Shown here: positions 42,312 to 54,200 of the stretch, one piece after another | How the letters are laid out: every line of letters begins with the position of its first letter | Numbering within the stretch: the stretch's first letter is position 1 | Assembly: GCF_026210795.1 (NCBI RefSeq) | Contig: NC_089430.1 | Span: forward strand, 3,534,001 to 3,598,000 | Source: Rhizophagus irregularis | Lineage: Eukaryota | Direction of reading: 5' to 3' | DNA length: 64,000 bases | Position numbers and translations under genes: made by a program | The notes under the pieces: model-generated | Told to the model about the DNA's origin: nothing | Databases searched by the model: none | The model's input: only the letters and a program-made list of their open reading frames with translations

Positions 42312-44941
42312 TTACACATTCTGACTAATGAACTTACACGTTGCCCTATTATGCCCTTTTTCTCCACAATTTTGACAAGTCTTTCGCTTGTCTTTTTCAT
42401 TATTATTACTTCCACTTGCATTGTTATTTGACATTTGATTATTATCATCTAATGGTTGTAAATGTCGTCGTTTTCTAGCATGCTGGTCTTGAATCTCAAC
42501 ACAACTCTTTGCTCTTCCAGCTGGCCTTCCTTTTCTTGTAGTAATTATAGGATTTTTAATGTTAAAATCGATTTCTTCCATATTCTGACCTGATTCTAGA
42601 ATTGCTTGTTTATCTGATATAAATCCATGGCAAATACCTATAAATTCATCATAAGAATTAGTGGCAATTGCAGCGTCAAGTGCTTTTCGCATTAAACCAT
42701 GTGCTTTGCCATATTTTCGTCATGTACAGTTAATTTCTCTTAAATTTTGATTGTAGAATTCAGCACCATGAATTTGTTTAATATAATCAAACTTATACAT
42801 TGAGTATTGATCATTATTCTGTTCTTGATTTGAATTTATACATAGAGTTATAGGTGATTGCTGCCAAATATCATTATTTCCATCAATTATATCATCCTTA
42901 TACCAACGTGATGCAATAAAACCTATATGCCATTTAGCTTGAGTTGAACATCGTAAAATCTTGTAAAAATGGCGACATAGATATTCATGTGTTATAAGAA
43001 GATTACACGTACAACAATGTGATCCATCCACTAACAAAATAACATAATGAGTTTTGGTTCCACAAGATATAACCAATCGCCAAATTTCTAAAATTTGATC
43101 CAAACCAATTTTAGAAATGATATCAGTGAGGTGTACTTTAACAACTTCATAGTTGTCTTCCCTCATTCCTTCATTATAATCAGTATTTGTTTGTTCCTAT
43201 TAAAAAGGCAAATATGTTAATTAATATGAAATATGAATAAACAAACAATTCTCTAAAGAAATAATAATTACCTGTATTATAGAATCAATAATTGCAACAT
43301 CCATCTTAAAACTATCATAATAAAAACACTCTTGCATTTGCTTACAAACTAAAAATACCATTGCAGGCATAAGAAATTCCGAAACAACTTTTTCAATGGA
43401 TTTAAAATATGCTTTAGGAATAGTTGCAAGACCAACTATAGGTATTTGGTCTTTGTATTCTTCTACCCTTGCGTATTCTGATTTCTTGTCAAGTACATAT
43501 TGGATCTCTTTTACTAATGTTAAAAGAGATGAATTTGAACGAACACAATCATGAATTTTGTGATTCAAACTTTCAACTCGTTGAATACTATTTGCACCAG
43601 CTGTAAATTGATTATTTGTATAACATACAGCCCATTTGTATTTTAAAGGATCCAATTGTTTTCTTATATAATTACCAGCTGATGGATATTTTAATTTCAA
43701 ATGCTCCCAACGATTTTCAAAAAGTGTTGAAATCAATGTATTCCTACAATGAAAAAATTCTTCTCGAAATGCTTTAAATTCATCTGATTTCAACTTATTT
43801 CGAAGATTTTTCTTCAAATTAAGGTCAATATGAAATATACATAAACAATGGATAGTATCTGGAAATTCTAAACTTATTGCATTGGCCATTGCTGGGTCAG
43901 AATCAGTAAATACAACTTTCAGTATAAGATCATTAGTACCTTTTTTAATCATACTTAATGCCCAAATGAAACTTTCTTCTGTTTCATCTTCAAGTAATGC
44001 AGTTGCAACAAGTCATGTACGATTACAATTGTCAATAACTGCAAAAAAACAAGCCATCATATTATATTTGTTAGTTCGAGACGTAGTGTCAAAAAATAGA
44101 ACATCATGATAACACGTCCATAAAAATTGTTGATCCAATGTCATCCATAATAATCCACACAATCGTCGTTCAATTCCATCAAATTTAGTTTCTATAAACC
44201 AACGTGAGTCATCTGTTTGTTGTGAATATAAAAATTTCATTAAATCTGAAGCATCAAATTCAATTCTTGATGCTAATTTCTTTTTTGAAGCTTGGATGGC
44301 ATTATATAAATTTTTCTGGTGGATTTTTCTTCCAGGAAACTTTCCTCTTAAAAGCTGACTGATAGTTTGTGTGCCAATTGTTCCATTTTGTACACAAAAA
44401 TCTATAAATTGAATTATATCTCAAGCTTATGATATTTAGCAATATTAGTTGAAGGAGAAGGTATCATTTGATGATTGTGTTCATCAACAACAGTAGTGAA
44501 CAAAATTCTTAAAGAGTTTTTTGGAAGATTTCCATTAACTCTCCACTTACATCCTGTAGCTTTAGACTGGCGATTTCTTTGATCATTTGGATTCAATATC
44601 TTTTTTGGTTGGTAGTTACCTGCACAACAACATTCCCAACTAATTTTTCGTAGGATTTTATTATCATCATTTTCAGTTCTTTTCCGCCAAATACTGAAAC
44701 CTTTTTCCAACGCGTAATCATTTAAAAATTTCTCAGCTTCATCACAAGTTTGAAAAGTTTGTCCTAAAGTCAAGTTTAAAGTTGGATTTTCAATATCATC
44801 TTCAGATGAAGAATCGATAATTAGAAAATTTTGATGTTGTTTGTCGTGTAACAATTCAACATTTGTCAAAGTTTCATTTAAAGAAAAATTGGAAATTTTT
44901 TCGGTCATCTCTATAATGAGGAGTTGTATAACGAGTAACAA
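42312..44941 (-). pseudogene. MULE/FAR1-type transposase pseudogene (FAR1/WRKY-like DBD, DDE, SWIM, C-terminal CCHC)
   Basis: GQTF...YALEKGFSI...CCC...SKATGCKWRV...DEHNH; FFDTTSRTNKY; VFTDSDPAM; CLCIFH; QRVESLN; SWIM CTC...LCRH; CQNCGEKGHNRATC. TGA stops at 44013 and 42720, a frameshift near 44414, and one intron at ~43198-43272. Confidence 0.9.
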
Positions 44942-46793
44942 GGAAAGTTTACAAAAAAGTTTATTGTAACACGTAAGGCAAGGTTTTTATATAATGAGGA
45001 GTTGTACAATGAGTAACAAAGAAAGAAGTTTATTGTAACACGTAAGGCAAGGTTTTTATATGATTACAAATCATACAAATCACATGAAATCAGTATCACG
45101 TGAAGGGAGGAAATTTACCTCCGGTGAAATGTAGTTATTTTCTAAAAATAATATTGAGAAATTACAAAATTTTTAAAAAAATTTATGGACTTATAATTTT
45201 CTCCTTCTTTACCCACCACCACCCTTTTGTTCTAAAGTTCTTTATATAAATTTTTGTCATTACGCTATCACATCTAAAATAATTTCTATTTCATCTAAAT
45301 TTGTTTATATTTTAATATTTAAATTTGTTACACCATCACGTTTAAAATTTGTTACACTGTCATGTCTAAATCTTATTGTAATTTTGTTACACTGTCACGT
45401 CTAATTCTTTTTATAATTTCATTACATCGACACGTCTAATTCTTTTTATAATTTTGTTATACTGACACGTCTAATTCTTTTTATAACTTCATTATACCGT
45501 CACATTTAAATTATATTTTTGTGTTATATTTATTTATAAAATTAAAGATCTAATTTATAATATAATCTATAATCAATTTTACCTTATTATATACTGAAAC
45601 CTATACAAATTATTAATTGATTTTACCTTATAAACCAGAAACCTATTTTAACTTTACCTTACATATCCAGAGACCTTTATTTGTTATATATATAATTTTA
45701 TCCTTGACTATTAAGTAACCTAAAATTAAATTTTACTATGAATTTTACCACAGATTTTTGGACACTTATATTAGAAGTAAGCGGGATCCTGAGTAAATAG
45801 GACTCCGCTTACTTATAAGATAGGTCACCCCCAGGCCTAAGGTAAAAATCATATATAAAATTCTTTGTAAATCCTACTATGAAAGGAAATTTTATGTTAC
45901 ATTGTTATGGTTTTTTTCCTTTTTAGCTAATTAACCAATAGAATTTAAGAAAAAAGTAAAGTAAAAACTATTAGTAAAGAGCCAATTTTTTACGGTGACC
46001 TTTATCCCTATGAAAAGTTTTTATACTTAAAATATACTTAAAATTTTATTAAAATATACTTAAAAATTAAATAAGTATTAATTTTAATTTGAGATATACT
46101 TATAATATATCTAAAATGTATCTAAAATACTCTTAAAATATACTTTTAATGTACTTGTTTTTTGCCTAAGTATTTAAATTATATTTAAAATATACTTAAA
46201 CTAAAATTTAAGTACAATAAAAGTGTATTTTTTGCATGTTTAAAATATTCTTAAAATGTGCTTAAATTTCAATTTAAGTATATTTTAAGTATATAAAAAA
46301 TACACTTATATTGTACTTAAATTTTAATTTAAGTATATTTTAAGAATATTTTAAACATGTAAAAAATACACTTATATTGTATTTAAATTTTAGTTTAAGT
46401 ATATTTTAAATATAATTTAAGTATCAGGTAGAAAATTACTGAAACAGTCTAATTCTTTAATTTTACTTAAGATAGATATTCTTTTACAGGAAAAAAAGAT
46501 GGATCTAGTGTTAGTGAAAGTTAAGGGATACAGTAGAGATGTTATGAATGAAATGGTAGATAAATTAGCTAAGAACACAAGTAACAACAGCTATTACTTT
46601 AATAACAGATTTAACTATAGCAATAAGAAAGTCAGATTTTTTTCAATTTTTAAACAGATCTCTATTGAATACAACTTAAGGAAATTTATTAAAACTCTAA
46701 TGAATACTAAAGTGGCAGCAGAATGGTCAATGCTAAAATCAAATAGACATGAAATTCCAATTGATTGGAATATAACTTGGAACTTAATTCATA

Positions 46794-47994
46794 CAGTCAG
46801 AATCATAAATACCCGACCCCTTGCCATTAAAAAAAATTTAAATAAACAATAACTTTATTTTTTTTTATTTTAAAGTACAAGACGAACCCTGATAATTAAT
46901 ACATAGTAAAGTCCCCCCTGACTCTATTAATGCTTCTACCCTCCTTCCCATACTGTTGACAAGATTTTCAGCTAATTGAACTGGTAATTGACCCCACTCT
47001 TTTGTTAATTCTGCCTTTAATTTTCTAGTTGTACTAATTTTTTTTTTTGATATTTTAATTTTTAGAAGTTGCCAAACATTTTCTATAGGATTTTGATCGG
47101 TGCTTGGGGTCATTGTCTTCTTGCAAGATCCAATTTATGCTATCTTCACCAAAAAACTCACAGGCAGAAGGCAAAAGACCTTTCTCATAAATATTACACA
47201 TAAAAATGGCATTCAGGTTCTGCTCAAAGCAAATTAGCTTACCAAATCCTTGAGCAGAAAAACAACCCCAAACATGAACCTTCTGTGGATGCTTGACCAT
47301 ACAGAACACTTTTCGTCTCCCAGCAAACTGCCAGATCTTTCTATTTGACTGGAATAATTGAAAGGTATTTTCATCAGTAAAAATAACTCGTTTCCAATCA
47401 AATTTTTTATGTTTTTTCGCCCACTGCAATCGTTTGACCATATGACCCTCAGAGAGCAAAGGTTTTGAAATTTCTTTTATAAATTTACCTCCAGACTCAT
47501 CAAGACGCCTCCTAATAGTAGTTTTACTGATCTCAACACCTTGTTTATCAAGTTTTTGTTGTATTTCAGCAGCGGTAATATCATGTTTTTTCATTGCCAG
47601 CTTCACAATTCGCTCGTCTTGTGCTTTAGTGGTTTTGCATGATTGGCCTGACTTTGTTCATCAGTTAGGTCCTTATCCTGCTTGTATTTTTTGACCCAAT
47701 AAATTACTGTAGACTTACTACAGTGAATATGAGATGCTATTTTTTCATAACCCCACTTTGGATCTGCTTCATGTTCATGTAAAAAAACAATTTCATATCG
47801 TTTATTAAGAGGAAGAGCCATTTTTTGTGGCGTAAAGTTGTCGATCATCTAACTCCTGATTTATATATTGTACGAACCTATAAATTTACAGATGATCAAG
47901 ATTATCATTGATCTTGAATCCTGGAAATTTTTATGGTAGGTTATCACATGATTTCGGAAAATATTTGGAGGTCGGATTCTTATAATTCTGACTG
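46794..47994 (-). mobile_element. Tc1/mariner (IS630-Tc1) transposon with frameshifted transposase (46865-47822)
   Basis: TIR CAGTCAGAATYATAA...CCGACC; TA TSD. HTH region followed by WKRVIFTDE, VHVWGCFS, LQEDNDPKH, NPIENVW and NLVNSMGRR. Confidence 0.92.
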
Positions 47995-48001
47995 TAGATA
48001 T

Positions 48002-48613
48002 TGTTAAAATAGAAATGTGGCGCAGTAATTTTATATAGATCAATTTTGTAGATCATTTCGTAGATCTCTTGATTTTTTCGATTTTCTTGATTTTCTTGAT
48101 TTATTTGATAAATCTGATAAATCTGATAAATTTGATTTATTTGATTTATTTATTTTATTAATTTTATTTTTATTTGTTATATTTTATTTATTTGATATAT
48201 TTATTTTATTTTATTTATTTTATTTATTTATTATATTTGTTTTATTTATTTTATCAAATATTCTTAATTTTTATTTTATTATAAATAGTGATAGGATTTT
48301 ACCAAGTAGAAAGGAAGGTCAGTCAGTTAGTTAAGAATTGTATTGTAGTATTCGAGTTATACGAAAAGAGTATTATTTCCAGTAGTATAATTCAAGATAG
48401 TTAATTTCGCAACTAAGAGATTATTTATATTTTTTGTCATATTTAAAATCTTACATTATTTTAATAAAAACCTATTTTCTTTAACTGAACATCCAACATT
48501 ATTTTACGTGATTATTTGTGATCGACTTAAGACTCTCCTATTAAGTTAAACTCCAGTTAACCTGTTAAAACGTTAAAGTTTTTCAGTTGGCTTTAATCGT
48601 TGACAGGATAACA
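48002..48613 (+). repeat. 5' LTR
   Basis: Direct repeat of 56858-57481, TGTTAAAATAG...GGATAACA. Confidence 0.95.
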
Positions 48614-48659
48614 ATTTGGTGCGAGTTGGGTGGAAACTAAAGAAAAATAGTAATTGTGA

Positions 48660-51224
48660 ATGAATAAGGAATTTCAGTACTTACAACAGATTTTTCAGCA
48701 TATAGAAGACCATAATCAAGGAAAACAGGATTTAATTGAGGATTTATAGTGTGCAGATTGCTATCCAGAAGATCAGAATTTAGGATTATTGGAGAATCCC
48801 AGATTTAGAGAATTTTGGCAATCCGTTATTTTACCCAGGTATCCAGATAGTGTTTTTACACAAAATACTATATGAATCTTTAGGAAATTACAGCGACAAT
48901 GAGATAGCCAAGAAGTTTACAGATTAATTCAGGAGTTAGTACAAACTATTAGGTATATAGTAATACCAGCATTTGATACATTAGTTAAAACGATACAATT
49001 CTATTGGGAAGTCACAGATCGCTTTAATAATTGGGAAGCATATTATTGAGAACAATCATCAGATACAGCCAGTAATACAAGTAAAATGTCAGGAGAGAAA
49101 AACTAAAAGAAGATAGATAACAATGACAAAAGTTCGGGTAATAATCAACAATTTAGAGGAACTGAACCTACAACAAATATACAAGACAAAGCGTGGCAAA
49201 ACTAACGGAATGAACACAGGTCAAAAAGTGAAAAATCAGGCACCAATCGGTCACCAATCAGGTAGCTGATTGGTGACTGATTGGTGACTGATTGGTAACT
49301 GATTGGCATTTTCGCCAAATACCGTCACCAATCAGGCAGTTTGCTAACTTTTGATCCAGTGATCAGAAAAGAATGAAATATAGCTCATTGGAATCGTCTC
49401 AACAAGACGAATCTAATGGTAGTAAAATTGCATTTCTAGGATTAATACTTGATGAGAAATTTGAGAATTAAGTAAAAAATAAAAATAAAAATGTATCATT
49501 TATATTTTATTTAATTTTTTATTAATTATTAATCCTAGAGATGCGATTTTACTACCATTAGATTCGTCTTGTTGAGACGATTCCAATGAGCTATATTTCA
49601 TTCTTTTCTGATCACTGGATCAAAAGTTAGCAAACTGCCTGATTGGTAACGGTATTTGGCGAAAATGCCAATCAGTCACCAATCGGGCACCAATCAGGTA
49701 CCTGATTAGTGACCGATTGGTGACTGATTGATGCCTGATTTTTCACTTTTCGACCTGTGGAAGAAGAAGAAGAAGCAGAAAGTATAATATCACATAATAC
49801 AGTACTCAAAAATGATGGAGATAGTAGTTTTAATTAATTAGGTATAGCTGATATGACAAATGATCATATTTACGATCCTAGAAAGGATGAGAAAGATAAG
49901 CAAAAGGCTACAACTAGCGGTAGTTCAAATAAATGGAGTACAAAACCATTTTCAACCTATAAACCGTATTCTGGTACTGGATTATCATCAAATCCTAAAT
50001 CATTTGTAACTACAAAGCTGTTTCAGAGTTCATTTGGTTCCCCTAGTATTAAAACATCAACCTTGAGAACTTTTCGACAGAATGACCTTCTTGATTTTTC
50101 TAGTAATAATTTACAAGATGATGAAGAGCCAGAAGAACAAACTCCTATTAATGAAGCTGAACAAAATAAGATCATGTTACAGTTTTTTCAACAGGTCCAA
50201 AAATTTTATGCAAAAGGAGTTGAACCTAGAGAATCCAGACTGGTTGATTTTCCAGTTTTTAAAGGAGGAAATCATGATCCTATCGAATGGATTGAAGCTT
50301 TTAGTAGAGCTTGTGTAACTAATAGAGTCAGCAAAGAACGAGCGATTGTTTTAGTAGCATTCTATCTTAGAAAGACAGCATTAACTTGGTACAATTATCA
50401 AAATATTACTTTTTGAAAGGATGATAATAACCCTCAACGATCATTTACGCACTTATTTAAGGATCATTTCTGTAATCCTTTTAGAATTAGTCAGTGGAAA
50501 CATCAACTGCGAAATAGGAAACAAAAGCAAGGTGAAACAATTGAAAAATATATCGCAGCAATTATAAAATTATGGAAAAGAGTGGATCCTACAGATAGAC
50601 ATTAGATAAAATTCATGAATTTATCGAAAGTTTAAGACCTGAATTTGTTGTACCTGTACAATCCGCTATGCCTCAAATTGTAGAAGAAGCAATGGAAAAA
50701 GCACAAGCATTAGAAACTGCTTTTTCAATGAGAATGGATTTATCAGTCTATTCAATGATGCCAATATATTTACAAAATATGAATGGAGGAATGATTCCCG
50801 CTCAAACTAACTTAGCAATGTATCAACCTGCCTATTCAATAAGTTATTCCCAACCAGAAAGTGTAGAAAAGATAGTTGAACGACAAATCAGTGAAGGAAT
50901 TATTGCAGCATTAAGCCAGATGCGCACAGAAACTAAACCAACCAACCCTACTCCAAATAATAACAATAATAATAATCAAAACAGGAATAATTCAGGATGC
51001 TATGTCTGTGGAAGAACTGGACACATCGCGAAAAACTGTTGTCAAAGAAATAATCAACAAAATAATAATAATCGCAACAATAATAGAAGAGATTTAAGGA
51101 ATGTTGATTGTTACAATTGTAAAAGAAAAGGATATGTCTCTAGGAACTGCAAGTCACCATATCAAATAATGGTAATAATGGAACTAATAACGGTTTCCAA
51201 AATAATGGTCGTTTAAACTACTAA
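48660..51224 (+). pseudogene. gag pseudogene with long N-terminal extension, retrotrans_gag capsid region and two CCHC knuckles
   Basis: ATG 48660 is in frame with 49853 once the MITE and one TSD copy are removed. FKGGNHDPIEWI...ALTWY; RKQKQGETIEKY; CYVCGRTGHIAKNC and CYNCKRKGYVSRNC. Confidence 0.85.
49215..49759. mobile_element. CACTA/CMC-type near-perfect palindromic MITE inside gag
   Basis: CACAGGTCRAAAAGTGAAAAATCAGGCA at both ends; 3-bp TSD GAA; arms complementary for ~250 bp. Confidence 0.9.
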
Positions 51225-54200
51225 GCATACCTCTAGAAGGGAGAGTGCGAATTCTAGAAAACCCTCTAACGAAAATAGTGCAAAAAGAGTGAATTGGAAG
51301 GATCCATTAAAAGAAATCAGACCTATTGAAAAGCCAATTCAACTATTAAAAAGACCTACATATGTTCTCAACATTTTATATAATAACTTTGGAATTTATT
51401 TATCGAAATGACTACAGCAAAATAAAATAATGTATAATTTATGGCAAGTAGCAGGAGGAAAAGTAGAAAATCGTGAATCTTCTCTTCAAGCTGTGCTTAG
51501 AGAAACAAAAGAAGAAATAGCGCTAGATATTAAAAAAGATGAATGTGTATTTTTATTTAACAATCCAGCTTTTAATTGTGATATTTATTTAACGAAAGTA
51601 CCTGATTATCAAGAGTTACAGCAAACTGAACTTAAAAAACAAGGAGTTTGGACAATTACTTCTTTCGAACAATTCCAATTTATGGTGAAACATAATGAAT
51701 TAACCTTAACGCTAGTTAATTATTGTACTGATATTCTTAACCAATTAATTAGAGAAGAACCAGCATATCTTAATCAAAAAGAAAGAGCTGAAGAAGCCTT
51801 GTATGGAGAAGCGATTGTATATGGACAACCTATTAATGTTTTAATAGATTCAGGAGCTGTAGGTTGTATTATTTCTAAAAGATTCCTAGATAAAATTAAT
51901 AAAGGAATTGAATTACCTACAAATATTAAAATCATCGATGTAACAGGACAAAAATCATCACCACTAGGAATGGTTCAGCAAGTTCCAGTGCAAATGAGGG
52001 ATATTAAAGTCCATGTCAATATGATAGTCACAAACTCAGCTGAATATAATGTTCTGCTTGGTAATGAATAGTTGAAAAAGGTTAATGCAAACATCGATTA
52101 TAGACAGAATACCATTACCATTAAATATGAAAGAATCTAACAACAAATTCCTGTCACATGTTCACAAAAATTGGACCTAACAAAATATACAGTCATTGAC
52201 CTAGTAGATGAATTAGAATTAGAAGATGAGTTAGAAGACACCATAGCAGTTCCATTTTATAAGGCAAAAATAATCAAAAGTACTTTTCAAATCAATGATC
52301 GGCAATATCATCCAGGGTATTTGGAATATATTAAGCAACAAAGTCATAATAGTACTGGCATAATTAATAGTAAAGGGCTAGGAAAATGCCTATGTAAAAC
52401 CTTAGAAGATCAAGAAGTTTGTAATAATTGTCAAATAGTTCAATAAGACTGGAATATTTATTACGTGATGCAAGAATCAGAAAGTCCAAATGTATCTAAT
52501 ATTCAATTAGAACCAGAAAAAGTTGTACCAATTGGAAAATTAGAGGAAAGTCAATACCAATTACTTCATCAACTATTGGATAAAAACAAAGATCTATTCG
52601 CTAAATCATTACAAACTCCAGAAGGGGAACATATTATTATCACTGAAGAAGTGCCACCTATCAAAAAACGAGTTTATAGGACAGCACCAAAGAAAAATGA
52701 ATTTATTGAGAGTGAAATAAATGTCATGTTAGAACAAGGGCTAATAGAACCTTCAACTAGCCCCTGATCATTTCCAGTACTAGTGGTAGTGAAAAAGAAG
52801 AATGGAAAACTTAGGTTTTGCATTAATTATAAACCTCTTAACGATATTACAAAAAAGGATAATTACCCGCTTCCAAGAATTGATGAATTATTAGATTCTC
52901 TACAAAATGCACAATGGTTCACCACTTTAGATTTAGCATCAGGGTATTGGCAAATAAAAGTAAGAGCAGAAGATCAGGAAAAAACAGCCTTTATCACAAA
53001 ATTTGGAACATACGAATTCAAGGTTATGCCTTTTGGACTTTGCAACGCACCTGCAACATTCCAGTGAACTATGGACAAAGTTTTACATGAGATAAAGGAA
53101 AAGTTCATTTTAGTTTATCATGATGATGTCATTATATATTCAAAAACTTTTAAAGATCATATTCAACATTTGGAAGAAGTCCTAAATAGAATTCGTAAGG
53201 CGAATCTAAGATTAAAAGCAAAAAAATGTCATTTTGCAGTAGCAGAACTTCAATTTTTAAGATATATTGTGAGGAAAAAAGGTGTTAAACCTGATCCAGA
53301 AAAAGTCAATAAAATGGTTAATTACCTGGAGCCTCAAAATATTAGAGAATTACGCAGAATCCTAGGATTATTCTCCTATTATCAACGTTTCATCAAAGAT
53401 TTTGCTAAAGTTGCTGATCCAATGTACAAATTATTAAAAAAGGATGCACCTTACAAATGGATGAATTTACAACAGAAAGCATTTGAGAATTTAAAAGATA
53501 AATTAATAACAGCACCGATCGTACAATACCCAGATTTTTCAAAACCTTTCTTCTTATATACCAATGCTTCAATTATAGGACTAGGCGCAGTACTTGCACA
53601 GAAAACTGATGATCAAGAGTATGTAATTGCGCATGCTAGTCGAACTTTAATACCAGCAGAAAAGAATTATGCCATCACAGAATTGGAATGCCTTGCGATT
53701 GTATGGGCAGTTAAATATTTTTGACATTATCTTTATGAAAGTAAATTTACCATCATCACCAATCATGCAGCACTCAAGTGGTTACTAAATTCAATAACGG
53801 AAAATAATAATAAAAGATTGGAAAGATAGAAGATTGCCTTATCAAAATATAAATATGATATTGTATATCGGAAAGGAACTAAACATGCGAATGCTGATGC
53901 ATTCTCTCATCTTGACTCAACCTCAACTAATAATCACACCAATCCTTTAACTTCACATAATGATCATGGATGAACAACTATATAATGAATTAATCTTATT
54001 TTTAACAACTCTCACTTTTATGGATGGTATAACGGATAAACAGAAAACCCAAATTTGGAAAAACTCAACCCAATATATTTATCAAAACAATATTTTATTT
54101 AGGAAAATAAAGGATGGTATAAGAAAAGTAATTCTATGCGAACAAGTAGAACCCATTTTATATCACTTTCATACAGATATGAGCGGTGCTTATTTAGGAA

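Larger units (their letters stand above)
41747..45124 (-). mobile_element. Mutator-like (MULE) DNA transposon
   Basis: Imperfect TIRs CCAGGGGAAAATTCCTTCCTTGTCATGTGAT / reverse complement CCGGAGGTAAATTTCCTCCCTTCACGTGAT enclose a MULE transposase pseudogene; flanks are TTAA / TGAA. Confidence 0.7.
41219..45791. mobile_element. Non-autonomous TIR element (CAGGA family) hosting a MULE insertion
   Basis: 23-bp TIR CAGGACCTCGCTTACTTCTAATA / reverse complement CAGGATCCCGCTTACTTCTAATA; 6-bp direct repeat AGTAAA at 41213-41218 and 45792-45797. Confidence 0.8.

Noticed and set aside
48614..48632. Naming the primer tRNA
   Set aside because: The PBS implies a tRNA ending ...CCCAACTCGCACCA, but the isotype cannot be assigned without the tRNA set.
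51430..51720. NUDIX as an independent host gene or secondary insertion
   Set aside because: It is intronless, in frame with the protease, lies between the LTRs, and has no flanking TSD or TIR.
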